From a virus, in the IMG/VR virus record IMGVR_UViG_3300028801_000007, positions 37,251 to 101,250 of that record: a stretch of 64,000 bases of DNA. One strand, given 5' to 3'. Shown piece after piece: positions 46,282 to 56,812 of this stretch; positions within the stretch are counted from its first letter, which is position 1; each line of letters starts with the position of its first letter. The position numbers were made by a program, and so were the translations under genes. Under the pieces are notes generated by a model. That model saw nothing but the letters and a program-made list of their open reading frames with translations. It was not told the origin of the DNA and did no database searches.

Positions 46282-48458
46282 TGCTGCTCTCCGGTGGGCT
46301 GCTGAGGTTGAACGGCTCGGTCGGCCGCAGATTGTGATGCATCATGCAAAAGCTGTTTTTCGAGCATCCGCGCATCGTGGCCACGGTCGGCGTTTGAGTC
46401 GATGATCTTGCCGCCGGCGCGGATTTCTTCGACTTGCAGCGACGTAGCGGCACGTGTCTCGGTGTCGTGCGCTTTGACGACAGCCGCCATATGCGCCTTC
46501 TGCAATCCCTGCTTGATCTCCGTTGTCACCGCCTGGAGCTGCTGCTGGAGCGTCGTGATCTGGTTGGCCTGCGCCTGAACGATGCTCTTGGCGCGGCTCG
46601 ATAGGCCCTCCATGATCTTCTTCAAGCCCTCGGGATTCGAGGCCATCAGCCGGTCGGCCAACTCCTGCATGTACGGATGGTCTATCGAACGGAATACCAA
46701 ATCCGGGGCAGTCTTGGCGATAATCTCTGCTAGCGGCGGGATCTTGATCATCTCGACCAGATTCGATGCACCCTCTTCGCGTTTCGTCTCATAGCCTGGA
46801 CCGGTGTCCATCACGACATCGTACTTGCCGATAGAGAGGTCATTCTTGACGCGCTCGATACCGCCATCGTCGGTCTCTTTGTCGTTGACCTTGACCATCT
46901 GCGGCGTCGAGTCCTCGCCGATCACGCGCTGCATGCGACCTGGTTCTGAGTAGTAAGTCGGAATCCATTCGACCATAACGCGCCAGCACTGGGCGATGGC
47001 CTGCGTCAGGTTGTCGTAATACTGGAAGTGCGACTGATCTGAGAGCCACTGACGACGGTCTATGGCGCGGCCAGATACAACGACACCCTGCTGATCCTGT
47101 CCGGGCTCGTTCGGCATGCCAGCCACAGCGACCAAGTTAGACCTCATACCCTGCACGAACTCGCTGAAACCCGCCTCGATTTGTGCCGGTGGCTGACGTG
47201 CTGGCGCTGGGATCATGATCGGCAGACTGCCGGTCTCGATGACGATCGGCTTGTATGTCAGTACCGAGTATGACTTTTGGTTTGCATTATCCCACTCAGG
47301 GTGGCCGTCAAGCTGCCCTTCTGCTGCGACCCACGGCGCTTTAGGCGCGAGCCCTAGACGCTTGATCTTAGCCACTTCGCCATAGTTGACCATGCGCTGA
47401 GGGTCCATCATCGAATCGACCATGCCCTTGCGTCGGATCGCACCGTCCACATCCATCGTGTTGCCATCGACACGAAACACCGGAATCATGCTTCCGGGCA
47501 ACTCCTGGCGCTCGACTACGACCAGGCCATTGAGCCTGAACCATTCCACCTGGCGCTTTACCGAGTCACGCTCGTTGACAATTCGAATGCCTGCCTGCGT
47601 TAAGCTATCGACAGCATCTTTCAGCGAGGCCACTGAGCCTGTTATCCGCTTCAACTCCGACTGGTAGACCATATGCTCTTGGCCAGTCTTGTCGACGATC
47701 TGATAGAGCTTCTCTGGCTTCTCACGGATGCGGAAATACTCGGCGAGCCGGATTTCCTCTTTGTCTTCCCAGTCGATGCGGCTCTGCTGGCGGTCGATAT
47801 CGTTCCACTGCACATTCTTCGCGTTCGGGTAGCGACGGCGGTACTCCTGCCGCTTCATCTTGACTGATATCAAGCACCAGTTCTGGTCAGCGCCGCTAGG
47901 CATCATGGCGCTCGGGTCCATGTGCACACTGAAAATATTGCGGATCGGCAGGATGCGTAGATCCTTCTGGAACGAGCGCGGGTCGACATACTCAGCGACT
48001 AGCCGGAAGTAGCCCTCGCCTGCATCTACAGCACGCTCGGCGGCCAGATCGTAGGCGATCGACGCTTCGGAACGCGTTTCAACATGCCGACCGATGCCGT
48101 TGATGATTTCGGCGAGCTCGACATCGGCGCCATCGCCTACCGGATGGCACTTGCCGCGCGGACGCTGCTGCTTGATGTTGTTCACCACGCGGCGCACGAA
48201 TGCATCGGTGAGGTTGATGGTCAGCTCAGGCGAATCCTCGGAAGCGCTCGTGCCCGTATCGTGGTCCCACTGATCGCCGTCACGGAACAGCATCGCAGCC
48301 TTAGCGCGTTTGCGGTTATCGGAATAAGCTTCAGCCGCGATCTGCAGGCGGTCTTTTGCTTCGAGCCATATTTCTTCGTCAGAGATCGCAGCAAACTCGC
48401 GATCCTCTTCGGTGCGCTGGGTTGGCTCGTTGGCGCCGTGTGTTACTTGGTCGGTCAT
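46278..48458 (-). CDS. Portal protein (P22-like)
   Basis: 726 aa; F..GDQW, LTIN, MDPQRMVNY, SGRAI, G.YDV..DTGP.Y.TKR. Confidence 0.92.
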   Translation of the reverse strand: MTDQVTHGANEPTQRTEEDREFAAISDEEIWLEAKDRLQIAAEAYSDNRKRAKAAMLFRDGDQWDHDTGTSASEDSPELTINLTDAFVRRVVNNIKQQRPRGKCHPVGDGADVELAEIINGIGRHVETRSEASIAYDLAAERAVDAGEGYFRLVAEYVDPRSFQKDLRILPIRNIFSVHMDPSAMMPSGADQNWCLISVKMKRQEYRRRYPNAKNVQWNDIDRQQSRIDWEDKEEIRLAEYFRIREKPEKLYQIVDKTGQEHMVYQSELKRITGSVASLKDAVDSLTQAGIRIVNERDSVKRQVEWFRLNGLVVVERQELPGSMIPVFRVDGNTMDVDGAIRRKGMVDSMMDPQRMVNYGEVAKIKRLGLAPKAPWVAAEGQLDGHPEWDNANQKSYSVLTYKPIVIETGSLPIMIPAPARQPPAQIEAGFSEFVQGMRSNLVAVAGMPNEPGQDQQGVVVSGRAIDRRQWLSDQSHFQYYDNLTQAIAQCWRVMVEWIPTYYSEPGRMQRVIGEDSTPQMVKVNDKETDDGGIERVKNDLSIGKYDVVMDTGPGYETKREEGASNLVEMIKIPPLAEIIAKTAPDLVFRSIDHPYMQELADRLMASNPEGLKKIMEGLSSRAKSIVQAQANQITTLQQQLQAVTTEIKQGLQKAHMAAVVKAHDTETRAATSLQVEEIRAGGKIIDSNADRGHDARMLEKQLLHDASQSAADRAVQPQQPTGEQQ

Positions 48459-49807
48459 GATCTCATCCAGCCTGTGTTTGACCCAAGGCGCCGATGAATG
48501 AACTGCGGCTTTGGCTCTGGTTTAATTGCTTCCGGCTTGGCCAGCTCGGGGAATAGATCGGTCATAGCCCATATCATCGCATCGGCACGGTTCGGGCTGT
48601 TCTCGCCGGTATAGCCATGCGTGGTCATTGCGCATAACTCGTCTTCCATCTCTTGGAACACGCCAGCTAAGCGGACCTTTCCAGCGTCTACCAGGGCTGA
48701 TATCGGCTCGGCTCGGATGACCTTGCCACGCGTCGCGGTGACCGGCCTGAACGGTACATTCGGCAGCGCCGTGCGTACCACGAACTTGACCATCGCGCCG
48801 CCATAATTCACCTCACCGACGATGCGATCGCCGCCCCAACGCTTATAGGCATCCGTCGCAACCTTGCCCCACACAGCAGGACCAGCCTTGCACGTCAGAT
48901 CCTCCAATACATACCCATTCCCATCAATTCCGAGACCAGCCACGACAATTCCGATTTCGTCATTGTCGACGTTGTCATCATCATCGGCGCCTGACGGATC
49001 GACTGCCACGACGATACGCAACATGTCCGGCAGTTCGTCATCAATGTTGCGCCAACGTTCAAACACTTCTTCGGAGAAAAGTGCATTAGGCGAGGCATCG
49101 CGGAACTCTCCTTCGAGGAAGCGCTTGCGCATCCGTGGCGACATTTCGGACAGCGTCTTCAGGTAGTCGGCGGACAGATTCTCTTGGTTGTCGCGAGGAT
49201 TGATCTGCATGAAGGCGTAGTTGTCGGGCTCGCTCAACGATGCACGCGTTTCGGGACTCACCTTGGTCTTAAACAGGCGATAGGTCCAATGCCCTTTGTC
49301 GGGCGGATTCTCGTCGTAATACATCTTCATGATCAGATCGTTGCCCGTCGCATTGTCGCGTACCTTCTGCGCCAAGCGCGTCATGACCATTTCACGCCCC
49401 GAATATGGAATCTGAGAGCACTCATTCAAAAAGATGTCGGCAAACTCTGTGCCGAGAATCTTCTCAGTGCGCTGCTTGTCATCGAGGCCGCCGAACCACA
49501 GCTCACTGCCACCGGGAAACGTCGCATAGCCCAGCGACTTATTCACGTCATATGGGACGCCCGGAAAGCATATGGACATCACCTTAGGAAAGGTGTCCAG
49601 CATGATTGAGTTCTTGACGTGACCAAAGCGAAAACGAAGCACAGCGCCGCGTGAGCCGGGCGCCTTAAGACGACGTTGGACCTGCTTCCTAATAATTAGC
49701 AGCGTCTTTCCGGACCTAGAACCACCCGCAAGCATCACGTGCTTCGCCGGCCCGTTCAGCATCTCCTGGGCTTCGGCCTGCCTAGTAGTGAGCTTGAACT
49801 CAGCCAT
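48455..49807 (-). CDS. Terminase large subunit
   Basis: GGSRSGKT Walker A, FLNECSQ Walker B, VAVDPS nuclease, SPNRADAM. Confidence 0.92.
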   Translation of the reverse strand: MAEFKLTTRQAEAQEMLNGPAKHVMLAGGSRSGKTLLIIRKQVQRRLKAPGSRGAVLRFRFGHVKNSIMLDTFPKVMSICFPGVPYDVNKSLGYATFPGGSELWFGGLDDKQRTEKILGTEFADIFLNECSQIPYSGREMVMTRLAQKVRDNATGNDLIMKMYYDENPPDKGHWTYRLFKTKVSPETRASLSEPDNYAFMQINPRDNQENLSADYLKTLSEMSPRMRKRFLEGEFRDASPNALFSEEVFERWRNIDDELPDMLRIVVAVDPSGADDDDNVDNDEIGIVVAGLGIDGNGYVLEDLTCKAGPAVWGKVATDAYKRWGGDRIVGEVNYGGAMVKFVVRTALPNVPFRPVTATRGKVIRAEPISALVDAGKVRLAGVFQEMEDELCAMTTHGYTGENSPNRADAMIWAMTDLFPELAKPEAIKPEPKPQFIHRRLGSNTGWMRS

Positions 49808-50198
49808 GTACGTCTGATCCATTGAGCACGAGCTGCATCGGTGCTTCCGGATCGCCGGTATGCTGCACGCTATCGCCAAACTTCTTGCGGTTGCGTATCT
49901 TCAGCTCCCACTTACGAGCGTCCATGCGGTTCTTTGCGATCGCCGAGTCCTTTTCCGTATCCGCGATATAGACGATATCTTGCAGGCAAGAATCTTCGTA
50001 ATCCTTGTAGGCCTGATCGTACTGAGCTTGCAGTTCTGGCGCACGCTTGCGCCATTTATTAAACGTCGCCCGGTCGGGCATGCCCTTCAGTTCGCACGTC
50101 TCGCGCAAGCTCTTGCCGTCTGCAATAAGCTCGCATATCTCATCGAACAGCTTCTGAGAGAACTCAGTACGCGGCGCTTGTCCTTTCTTACCGGCCAT
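49800..50198 (-). CDS. Terminase small subunit
   Basis: EICELIADGKSLRETC...MPDRATFNKW; DARKW. Confidence 0.85.
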   Translation of the reverse strand: MAGKKGQAPRTEFSQKLFDEICELIADGKSLRETCELKGMPDRATFNKWRKRAPELQAQYDQAYKDYEDSCLQDIVYIADTEKDSAIAKNRMDARKWELKIRNRKKFGDSVQHTGDPEAPMQLVLNGSDVHG

Positions 50199-50623
50199 CG
50201 TTACGCTCCTGAGCCGATCTTGATCTTCGTGTACTGCGGTTCAGCGCCGCACGATTTGCGCAACTCACTGATGCGCTCTTGACGGTCCCAGATGTCCTGG
50301 CTTTCCTGCATCTTCACGAAGAATTCCATCGCCTTCCGATTGATCTCACTTATCGAGAGCAACCCCTTCGAGTTGCCGAAATTGATCGTGCCGTCTCTAT
50401 TGATCGTTGCCATCTCAGTGCCCGCAACAGGGTTGAGTTTTGGAGCCGCATGAGATGCAGGTACGAACCGAATCCTGCGCGATATCGTAGCTGTGCTTTG
50501 CTATAAATCCCGCAGTGGAATGGCGGCGTGGAATGGCATCCCGAAATACAGCATATTCTCGGTCGAGAGCACCTACCGACTCTTTCAGTATTAACATGCG
50601 AAACGCTTCGCTGATGATTGCCA

Positions 50624-50938
50624 TCATCTCGCCCTCGGGTCATGACTCTCGCGGGCATACCAACCGGAAACGAACGCCTGGCACAGCCCGTGATTCGGAA
50701 AGTGAAGCGCGCGCTCGGGTTTATCGTGGTCTAGCTCCTCGGGATAGAGCGTGACGACATATTCCGGCCCGTAGTTGCGCACGTTGAGTAGGTTGCCTTT
50801 GCGCCAGTCGGACGGGATGCTGACGTAGCGCAGTTCGTCGCCGGAGTCATCGATTAGCGCCTGCTCGCTGGTTTCGGTAGGCACGTCATCGACGGCCTCG
50901 ACTGGCAGCGCACCACGCTTGACGTTAGCGCGCTTCAT
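50624..50938 (-). CDS. hypothetical protein
   Basis: Coupled ORF in the late operon. Confidence 0.5.
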   Translation of the reverse strand: MKRANVKRGALPVEAVDDVPTETSEQALIDDSGDELRYVSIPSDWRKGNLLNVRNYGPEYVVTLYPEELDHDKPERALHFPNHGLCQAFVSGWYARESHDPRAR

Positions 50939-51172
50939 TCTGCTTTCGCGCTTGGATTTCGCGTGCATAGCAGAACAGCTTGTCACGCATACGGCGATCT
51001 TCTGTGTTGATATACAGCGCGTCTTCGATCCAGGCGCTTTGAGCAGCGATTGCTGCGGCGATGTGCGCACGTTTGCGCAGCTTGTGAAGTGCTTTTCCTG
51101 TCATCTTGATCAGTTTTTCCTTGGAAGCAACGAAGTCCGATGTTTCATCGATCCAAATCTTGTCGAGCGTAT

Positions 51173-51607
51173 TCATGCTGCCTCCTGTTCGACTATCCCG
51201 CTCACATCGGCTTCACGGCACATGATATGCATCGTGTTTCCCCAATAAATTTGCTGAAAGCTGTAGCCAACATACCGGCCTTCCAACTGCACCGAGCCGA
51301 GCTCAACGATATCGCCCACCTTCACCTGGGTTGGCAAAAATGTCTTGCTGCGCCACATCTTCGTGCGACGGTGCTTGTCCGGGTGGTCATATCGCAATGG
51401 AAAGTGGCCAGGCCCAACAGCCTTCACGATCCCGCGAACCGGCTTGATCTCTTCGACAACAAGCAGAATCTTCGAATGCTCTATCGGCAGCGGCTCGACC
51501 ACGATGTAGTCGTGAAGCGGCTGGATCTTCTCGTCGGGCGCAACGTAGGTCTTCGTCTCGTAAGACAACTCCCCGCCAGCGCCATTGGTCTTGAGGTTGA
51601 CGCCCAT
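51173..51607 (-). CDS. groES: GroES-family co-chaperonin
   Basis: IQPLHDYIVVEP...GIVKAVGPG...PTQVKVGDIV...IMCREADVSGIVE. Confidence 0.85.
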   Translation of the reverse strand: MGVNLKTNGAGGELSYETKTYVAPDEKIQPLHDYIVVEPLPIEHSKILLVVEEIKPVRGIVKAVGPGHFPLRYDHPDKHRRTKMWRSKTFLPTQVKVGDIVELGSVQLEGRYVGYSFQQIYWGNTMHIMCREADVSGIVEQEAA

Positions 51608-51885
51608 TATCGAATCCTTGTTTCGGCATTCAAAAGAAGTTGTCGATGATGGTCATCCAGATGGCATGCATGGTCCACGACGATGCCCTCCAAAATCTTG
51701 CCGTGCCATCCATGGTCTAGCCACGAAGGCTCTACGATCCTTAGGTCTTCCCGCAAAATCTTCGCAGCGAGCTTGCGGACATAGTCGGTGGCGAAAGGAT
51801 GCGGAGAAACATATACGGCACCGCGCGGCGCAGCCTTCATTTGCTCTGTCGTGCGCCCAGTTCCACGCTCATAATCGATAGTCAT
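51607..51885 (-). CDS. small P-loop-like hypothetical protein
   Basis: RGTGRTT...IVVDH. Confidence 0.5.
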   Translation of the reverse strand: MTIDYERGTGRTTEQMKAAPRGAVYVSPHPFATDYVRKLAAKILREDLRIVEPSWLDHGWHGKILEGIVVDHACHLDDHHRQLLLNAETRIR

Positions 51886-52235
51886 CAGCGAAATCTCCGT
51901 ATGTAGCGCTTGTGATACCGCTGAATATCCGTAACCGACTCAAACGGCATATCCCATGCCATAGCAGGTCCGAATGTGCGCAGCACCCACTTCCCAGCCT
52001 CGCAAAAGATGTGTGACTTGCGCTGCGGCGGACTCACAATCGAAGGTAGGTGCATCATGTCAATAAGCCTCCAACCCATAAATCTTCCTTACTCTGGCAT
52101 CCTCATCCGCATCGTATTCAGTCGCAGCAGCATGGCGCAAAGCCCCGAAGAACTCCTGCGGCGTTACACCGTTCTCCAGGCAGATCCGATCGAAGTCCGC
52201 GGCCATTTCTTCCATGGTGATAAGCTGGTTAGGCA

Positions 52236-52700
52236 TCAGTGGCGCTTCCTGCCGTATGCCGGCTCAGGCTTCGTATAACCCGGCTTAGCGCCCTTCTTCT
52301 CGGTCACCTTGCCAGCATCCGGCGTCTTACCACTGCCAGCCTGCGCTTGCTTGGTCATGCCATCCGGCTTGTGATGAACGCCAAGGTGCGTAATCTGCAA
52401 CTCGACATGGCGCTCTTCATCGCCGCCCTCGCGCTTCTCTGCACGAGCGCCGACGACATGCGCCTTCGAATGCATCGTGACCTCGCTACCGACCTCGGGC
52501 ATATCGTTCATGCCCATCTTCTTCATGCTGTCGTGGTCGAGATGCACCTTTAGGCCGTACGGATACTCGGGGCCGTCAGAGTTGGTCATGGCATTGGTCG
52601 CGCCTTCCTTCTTCGCAGCGTTGGTGCGGCGCATGTCGGTCATGTTGACCGCGCTCATGGTCTCGTCGCCCTTGGCCTTTCCTTTGACGTCACGGGGCAT
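52236..52700 (-). CDS. putative capsid accessory (staple-like) protein
   Basis: EYPYGL..HLD..SMKKMG...P.VG...VELQITHL. Confidence 0.5.
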   Translation of the reverse strand: MPRDVKGKAKGDETMSAVNMTDMRRTNAAKKEGATNAMTNSDGPEYPYGLKVHLDHDSMKKMGMNDMPEVGSEVTMHSKAHVVGARAEKREGGDEERHVELQITHLGVHHKPDGMTKQAQAGSGKTPDAGKVTEKKGAKPGYTKPEPAYGRKRH

Positions 52701-52848
52701 TATTTTTGCTCCTTGCGATCGTTGTAGGCGTCTGGCGACTTGCGTACTGCGCCGCTCTGCTGGCCTTGGCTGGTGCCATTCCGGTCGAAGTGCCCAGTGG
52801 GAAGCCTAGGCTGCGATTTGGGTTGACTCGGTTTCTGTGAGATTTTGC

Positions 52849-53343
52849 TCATGCTGCCCTCGCGAATTGGCCATGGAATTGCTGCGCTGCTCGCATATAG
52901 GCGGCATGCGCCTCTTCTGCGCTATCGAATAGGCCGAGGTACTTGAGGCTCCCCTCAATCCGTATGTCGGCCCTGAATCTACCTATTTGCTTGTGGAACC
53001 CGACACCCTTGAGCCCACTGGTGTTACGCAAAGAAATCTTACTATTTGCATTGTTTTGGGACCTTGTTGCCTCGCGAAGATTGCAGGGACGATTGTCATC
53101 ACGTACTCCGTTGGCATGGTCAACGTGCAAATCTGGCCAACGACCATTTGTCATCGCGAACGTGATTCGGTGCTCATAGATGCGCGAACCATCGATGTAG
53201 ACCCGGCGATACCCATCGCTCTTCAGGCTTCCGGCGCGATCGTCGGCGTGATGCCCTAAGCTAGCCCCTCGCCAGCACAGGAACCCGGTCGCTTCATCGA
53301 GGCGCAACAAAAAATGTAACCTAGCGATCGCAATTCGTCTCAT
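52849..53343 (-). CDS. HNH-AP2 homing endonuclease
   Basis: VDHANGVRDDNRPCNLREAT..QN; NTSGLKGV..YLGLF...EEAHAAY. Confidence 0.9.
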   Translation of the reverse strand: MRRIAIARLHFLLRLDEATGFLCWRGASLGHHADDRAGSLKSDGYRRVYIDGSRIYEHRITFAMTNGRWPDLHVDHANGVRDDNRPCNLREATRSQNNANSKISLRNTSGLKGVGFHKQIGRFRADIRIEGSLKYLGLFDSAEEAHAAYMRAAQQFHGQFARAA

Positions 53344-53495
53344 GACCTAACTCCTTTCTTGGCCTGCTCTCTGGCTTCCGAGTAGCCCAAAGCAAGGCGC
53401 TGCTTGACGTTCGAGTACTTGCGATCCTCACGTTTCGATGACACAAACCGCGAGAGGAAGTCGGAAAGCTTCTCGCCCTGTTTAGCTGCTGGCAT
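53340..53495 (-). CDS. 51-aa protein at the start of the late operon (not in ORF track)
   Basis: GGAG RBS; MPAAKQGEKLSDFLSRFVSS...QRLALGYSEAR; ATGA-coupled to the HNH gene. Confidence 0.6.
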   Translation of the reverse strand: MPAAKQGEKLSDFLSRFVSSKREDRKYSNVKQRLALGYSEAREQAKKGVRS

Positions 53496-53662
53496 GGCGA
53501 CTCTCCGAAATGTTGATGGCGGTATTCATACCTCAATCTTGATGATTTGGCAAGATTATCGGGTGTGGACTAGCCAAGCACCCGCGAAAACGAGCGATGC
53601 AGCCACCGGATGGACGAACAGTCCGACCAAAAAGGCGACAAACAGCGTGCAAAGGCAGAATT

Positions 53663-54025
53663 TCAGCATGATTGCTCCAGGGTTGATGTGAATCGTAGCG
53701 ACTGCCGAACGAATTCGGGCATGAGATGCGCTAAATCCGGCACAGGAGGCGGCGCTAGCCGCGCCTGTGCCTCTGCGTATCGCTTGGCCGTGTAGGCGCT
53801 TATCCTGAACTCGGCAGCGTCGCCAAGGGGCTCGCTAGTGCGGAATAGACGAGTTTTCTGCGCTCGACCTTTGCGATCACCACGCAGCATGCCCAGCTCG
53901 ATAAGTAGTAGCGCCTTCTTGCGGATCGCGTCCGGCTTCTGGCACATCACCTCGGCCAATTCATCGAACGTGGCCCCTGGATTCGCCTCGACCGCCAGGC
54001 ATAGGTTGCGATGACTATCCTTCAT
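53663..54025 (-). CDS. winged-helix protein (candidate late regulator)
   Basis: NPGATFDELAE...IRKK...L.ELG; last gene before the late operon. Confidence 0.55.
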   Translation of the reverse strand: MKDSHRNLCLAVEANPGATFDELAEVMCQKPDAIRKKALLLIELGMLRGDRKGRAQKTRLFRTSEPLGDAAEFRISAYTAKRYAEAQARLAPPPVPDLAHLMPEFVRQSLRFTSTLEQSC

Positions 54026-54251
54026 GATGATCTCTCCATTCGATGAACGGCTTGCGCAAATGCTCGTGAAACCGCTCAGCAGCGGTCGGATTCGTGTCCA
54101 GCTCGCGGCGGCTGTCTATGCCGCATACGACGCGCACGACCTCGGCAGCCTCTGCCGCATCCCCCGGATTGAAATCGGTGTCGTGCACGAGCCATTGTCG
54201 AAACACAGGGTCGCGGCAGAGGATTGCTGAGAGGCGTGCGAGGGACTGCAT
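54015..54251 (-). CDS. hypothetical protein, paralog of the C-terminus of 5357-5827
   Basis: LCRDPVFRQWL...CGIDSRRELDTNP.AA..FH. Confidence 0.65.
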   Translation of the reverse strand: MQSLARLSAILCRDPVFRQWLVHDTDFNPGDAAEAAEVVRVVCGIDSRRELDTNPTAAERFHEHLRKPFIEWRDHHEG

Positions 54252-54512
54252 GGTTAAACGAATCTCGTAAACGAAAGCGCCAAACAAATCGCATTGAACT
54301 CCCGAGACGCAGTTTCAACGGCGATCATGTAATTTTCTTGCTCTTTAAGCATCGCTGAGTGCATCACCGCGTTCTGCTCCACGACAGCCATCTGCATACG
54401 CAGAAGCTCACGCGCTACATGCTGCGTGCGCTTCTCCCTCAATCGTTCTGGCGTCATCACAAAATCTCCAACGAATGTTGAGCCACGGCATAACTGATCG
54501 GCGCGAGGCTGC

Positions 54513-55004
54513 TCATACGAAATGCCTCTGCGCATACCTAGCGATCAACAGAGCGTCAGAACGCCCATGATGCTTCTTGAGCGGACAGAATGCAGAGCCG
54601 AACAGCTTTCGCGCATGGGCAAGACTCTGATCTTTGGTATCGCTGATTTCGCTCTTGCGGATGCCATACCATTTCTGCCATGCCTGGGGCGAGACGAATA
54701 GCGTGTCTACACCGCACAGTTCGAGCACTGTGCTGATGACAGCCTTCGTAGCCGCCAGTGATGCCATCGTCTGCACCGAACCGCCAGCGAAGGTGTTTAG
54801 CACCTCCATGACGCATATGGCGCTGCGATCAGCTGGCAAGCGTTTCAGCAGAAGCGCCTTCAAAGCGACGGGGTCGATCTCGTTCTTGACCTTGCTCACA
54901 TCTCGCTTGAGGCGGATCGGCAGGTCATCGACGTAGACGCTTTCACCGTCGAGAGTGGCGAGAGCACCGGTTATGCCAGGGTCGATACCAATGACGATAG
55001 TCAT
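54513..55004 (-). CDS. RuvC-like Holliday junction resolvase
   Basis: IGIDPGITGALA, VME, V.PQ.WQK, GRSDALLIA. Confidence 0.85.
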   Translation of the reverse strand: MTIVIGIDPGITGALATLDGESVYVDDLPIRLKRDVSKVKNEIDPVALKALLLKRLPADRSAICVMEVLNTFAGGSVQTMASLAATKAVISTVLELCGVDTLFVSPQAWQKWYGIRKSEISDTKDQSLAHARKLFGSAFCPLKKHHGRSDALLIARYAQRHFV

Positions 55005-55038
55005 GCTTTAGCTCCATCGCGCACGCGTGTGCTGGTGA

Positions 55039-55680
55039 TCATGGTGTCTCCCAAATCTTCTGCCCAGTGGCCAGTTTCAAAGCCCTGGCGATCTGGTACA
55101 GGTTCGTGTATTCCTCGCGATCCTCATCCGCACAGTTCTCGAGCACCTTGCGTCCAGCGCTCGAAAGCATCGCGTCAGTAGCGCAGCGACGGACCTCATA
55201 GGTGAGTGGCAAGCCAGATAGCGACATCCCACGCCGAAGCAGCTTAAATGCCCACTCAGCGGTCGGCTCGGGGTTGGTCAACCGCTTGAGCAGCGGTCCA
55301 ATCTGCGCGATATGGGCATCAACAACACTCGGCGTCGATTGACCTCCGCTTTCAAGCCGAAGCGTATGGCTGGCAGATTCGTAAAGCCGCGTCTGCTTGC
55401 ACAGGCCGAAGAACTCGGGAAGCGTCGGCGGAAATTTCAGCGTAAGAAGCGCGCCAACCCCGGCTTTGAGCTCAGCGTTCGATAGTTTCGCGAGTGCCCT
55501 GCCCCACTCGACCTTAACGCCTTCGAGGTCAACCCCGCGCCACTGGTCGAGGAAACGAGCGCCCCACGTCCTGGCCATTTTCTCGAACAGACCCGTGACC
55601 CAATGCTCCGGCGCAGCATCCTTCGGCCAATTGCTCGGCGCTAGGGGGTTAGATGTCGATGATGTCGCTGGCAGGTTCAT
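55039..55680 (-). CDS. Replication protein P-like / helicase loader
   Basis: LF..M...WG.RF..QW...W...L...FPPTLPEF..LC; follows the initiator. Confidence 0.65.
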   Translation of the reverse strand: MNLPATSSTSNPLAPSNWPKDAAPEHWVTGLFEKMARTWGARFLDQWRGVDLEGVKVEWGRALAKLSNAELKAGVGALLTLKFPPTLPEFFGLCKQTRLYESASHTLRLESGGQSTPSVVDAHIAQIGPLLKRLTNPEPTAEWAFKLLRRGMSLSGLPLTYEVRRCATDAMLSSAGRKVLENCADEDREEYTNLYQIARALKLATGQKIWETP

Positions 55681-56464
55681 GAGGCGTGTTTCCGGTGAGA
55701 ATTTCGTAGGCGCGTCTGCGATCGTCATGCACGTTCAAAGGCTTAGAGGGTGATGCGCGGGCCTGTGGCGCAGCTGCTTCGGTGGTCCATCGCTCGGCGA
55801 TTCGAAGGACGTACGCCGGCGCTATGCGCTGACCTGGCTTAGCGGCTTTGGCTTCCGCACATGCGGCTTCGACCGTTGCGACGGAAACACCGGCATCAGC
55901 CGCTGCGATGATTCGGGGATCTGCGGGTTGCGCTGCGATGCTGTATCGACGCATTGCAGCAGACAATTCGGCAGGTTGCGCGCGAGGTATACCGCTATGC
56001 GTACTTTTTCCGCCTGTTGCTAAGGTTTTAGGTGTTAACGGTAATGGTAATGGTAAAGGGCATTCCTCAAGCACCTCTGGGGCATCTACTTGAGCAATGC
56101 TCGGAGCATCCTTTTTTCCCCATCTCGCTTCCGCTGCCTTCCGTGCCTTTTCGCTCGCTGCCCCTTTTCCCTCAAGGGCAGCAGCGATTTCCTCATCAAT
56201 TATCTTGTGATGCCATGCACCATCATGGACATAAAATAATTTCTCTAGAACAGGCCGCGTTTTCTTCCAAAGAAATGCAGATAAACGCGTGACGTTTTGC
56301 AGAATTTCATCATCGTCGGGCGGCGGACCAGAGCGCCAATAGTCCATCATGAGCAGAAAATATGCCCCATGTTGTTCGGTGGTCAAGCGAGTTGTGTCCG
56401 CCAAATAGTTACCGATATAAATCGGCATCCATATGTCGGCCTTGTTCTTCTCAGCGCACGCCAT
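55649..56464 (-). CDS. DUF1376/YdaU-family replication initiator
   Basis: WMPIYIGNYLADTTRLTTEQHGAY.LL...YW; AAEARW; CPLPLPLP linker. Confidence 0.85.
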   Translation of the reverse strand: MACAEKNKADIWMPIYIGNYLADTTRLTTEQHGAYFLLMMDYWRSGPPPDDDEILQNVTRLSAFLWKKTRPVLEKLFYVHDGAWHHKIIDEEIAAALEGKGAASEKARKAAEARWGKKDAPSIAQVDAPEVLEECPLPLPLPLTPKTLATGGKSTHSGIPRAQPAELSAAMRRYSIAAQPADPRIIAAADAGVSVATVEAACAEAKAAKPGQRIAPAYVLRIAERWTTEAAAPQARASPSKPLNVHDDRRRAYEILTGNTPHEPASDIIDI

Positions 56465-56470
56465 GATGCT

Positions 56471-56701
56471 CTATTCCTGCTCTTCTCGGCCATACCAGAG
56501 GTCTTTTAAGACAATCGGTAAGTTGCGATCTTTCGCAATTTCGATGATGCGACGATGGTGCTTGCCCGGCACTTGCCCTCCTTGCGGATCTTTCGGGCGA
56601 GGCCTGCGCCACCGGCAAACCGTTGCTGAGCTTATACCCAGAGCTCTAGCGAGTGGCGCGATTCCATTGAATTCTTTGATGACAATCTCAGCGGGGGTCA
56701 T
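56471..56701 (-). CDS. Cro-like repressor
   Basis: FNGIAPLARALGISSATVCRW...G.VP. Confidence 0.75.
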   Translation of the reverse strand: MTPAEIVIKEFNGIAPLARALGISSATVCRWRRPRPKDPQGGQVPGKHHRRIIEIAKDRNLPIVLKDLWYGREEQE

Positions 56702-56812
56702 AGCAGTCCTCTTTCCGTTTCGTTGATATTAGCGTATCACCAAGAACACCTCAAGGGAATCTTTCCTATACTTCGGTGGTCAAGTTGTCATTACCCCACT
56801 GGAGTATCCAAT

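Noticed and set aside
56035-56112. Origin iterons in the DUF1376 gene
   Set aside because: Short GAGCA/AAGCA and GGTAAT repeats are suggestive but too degenerate to call
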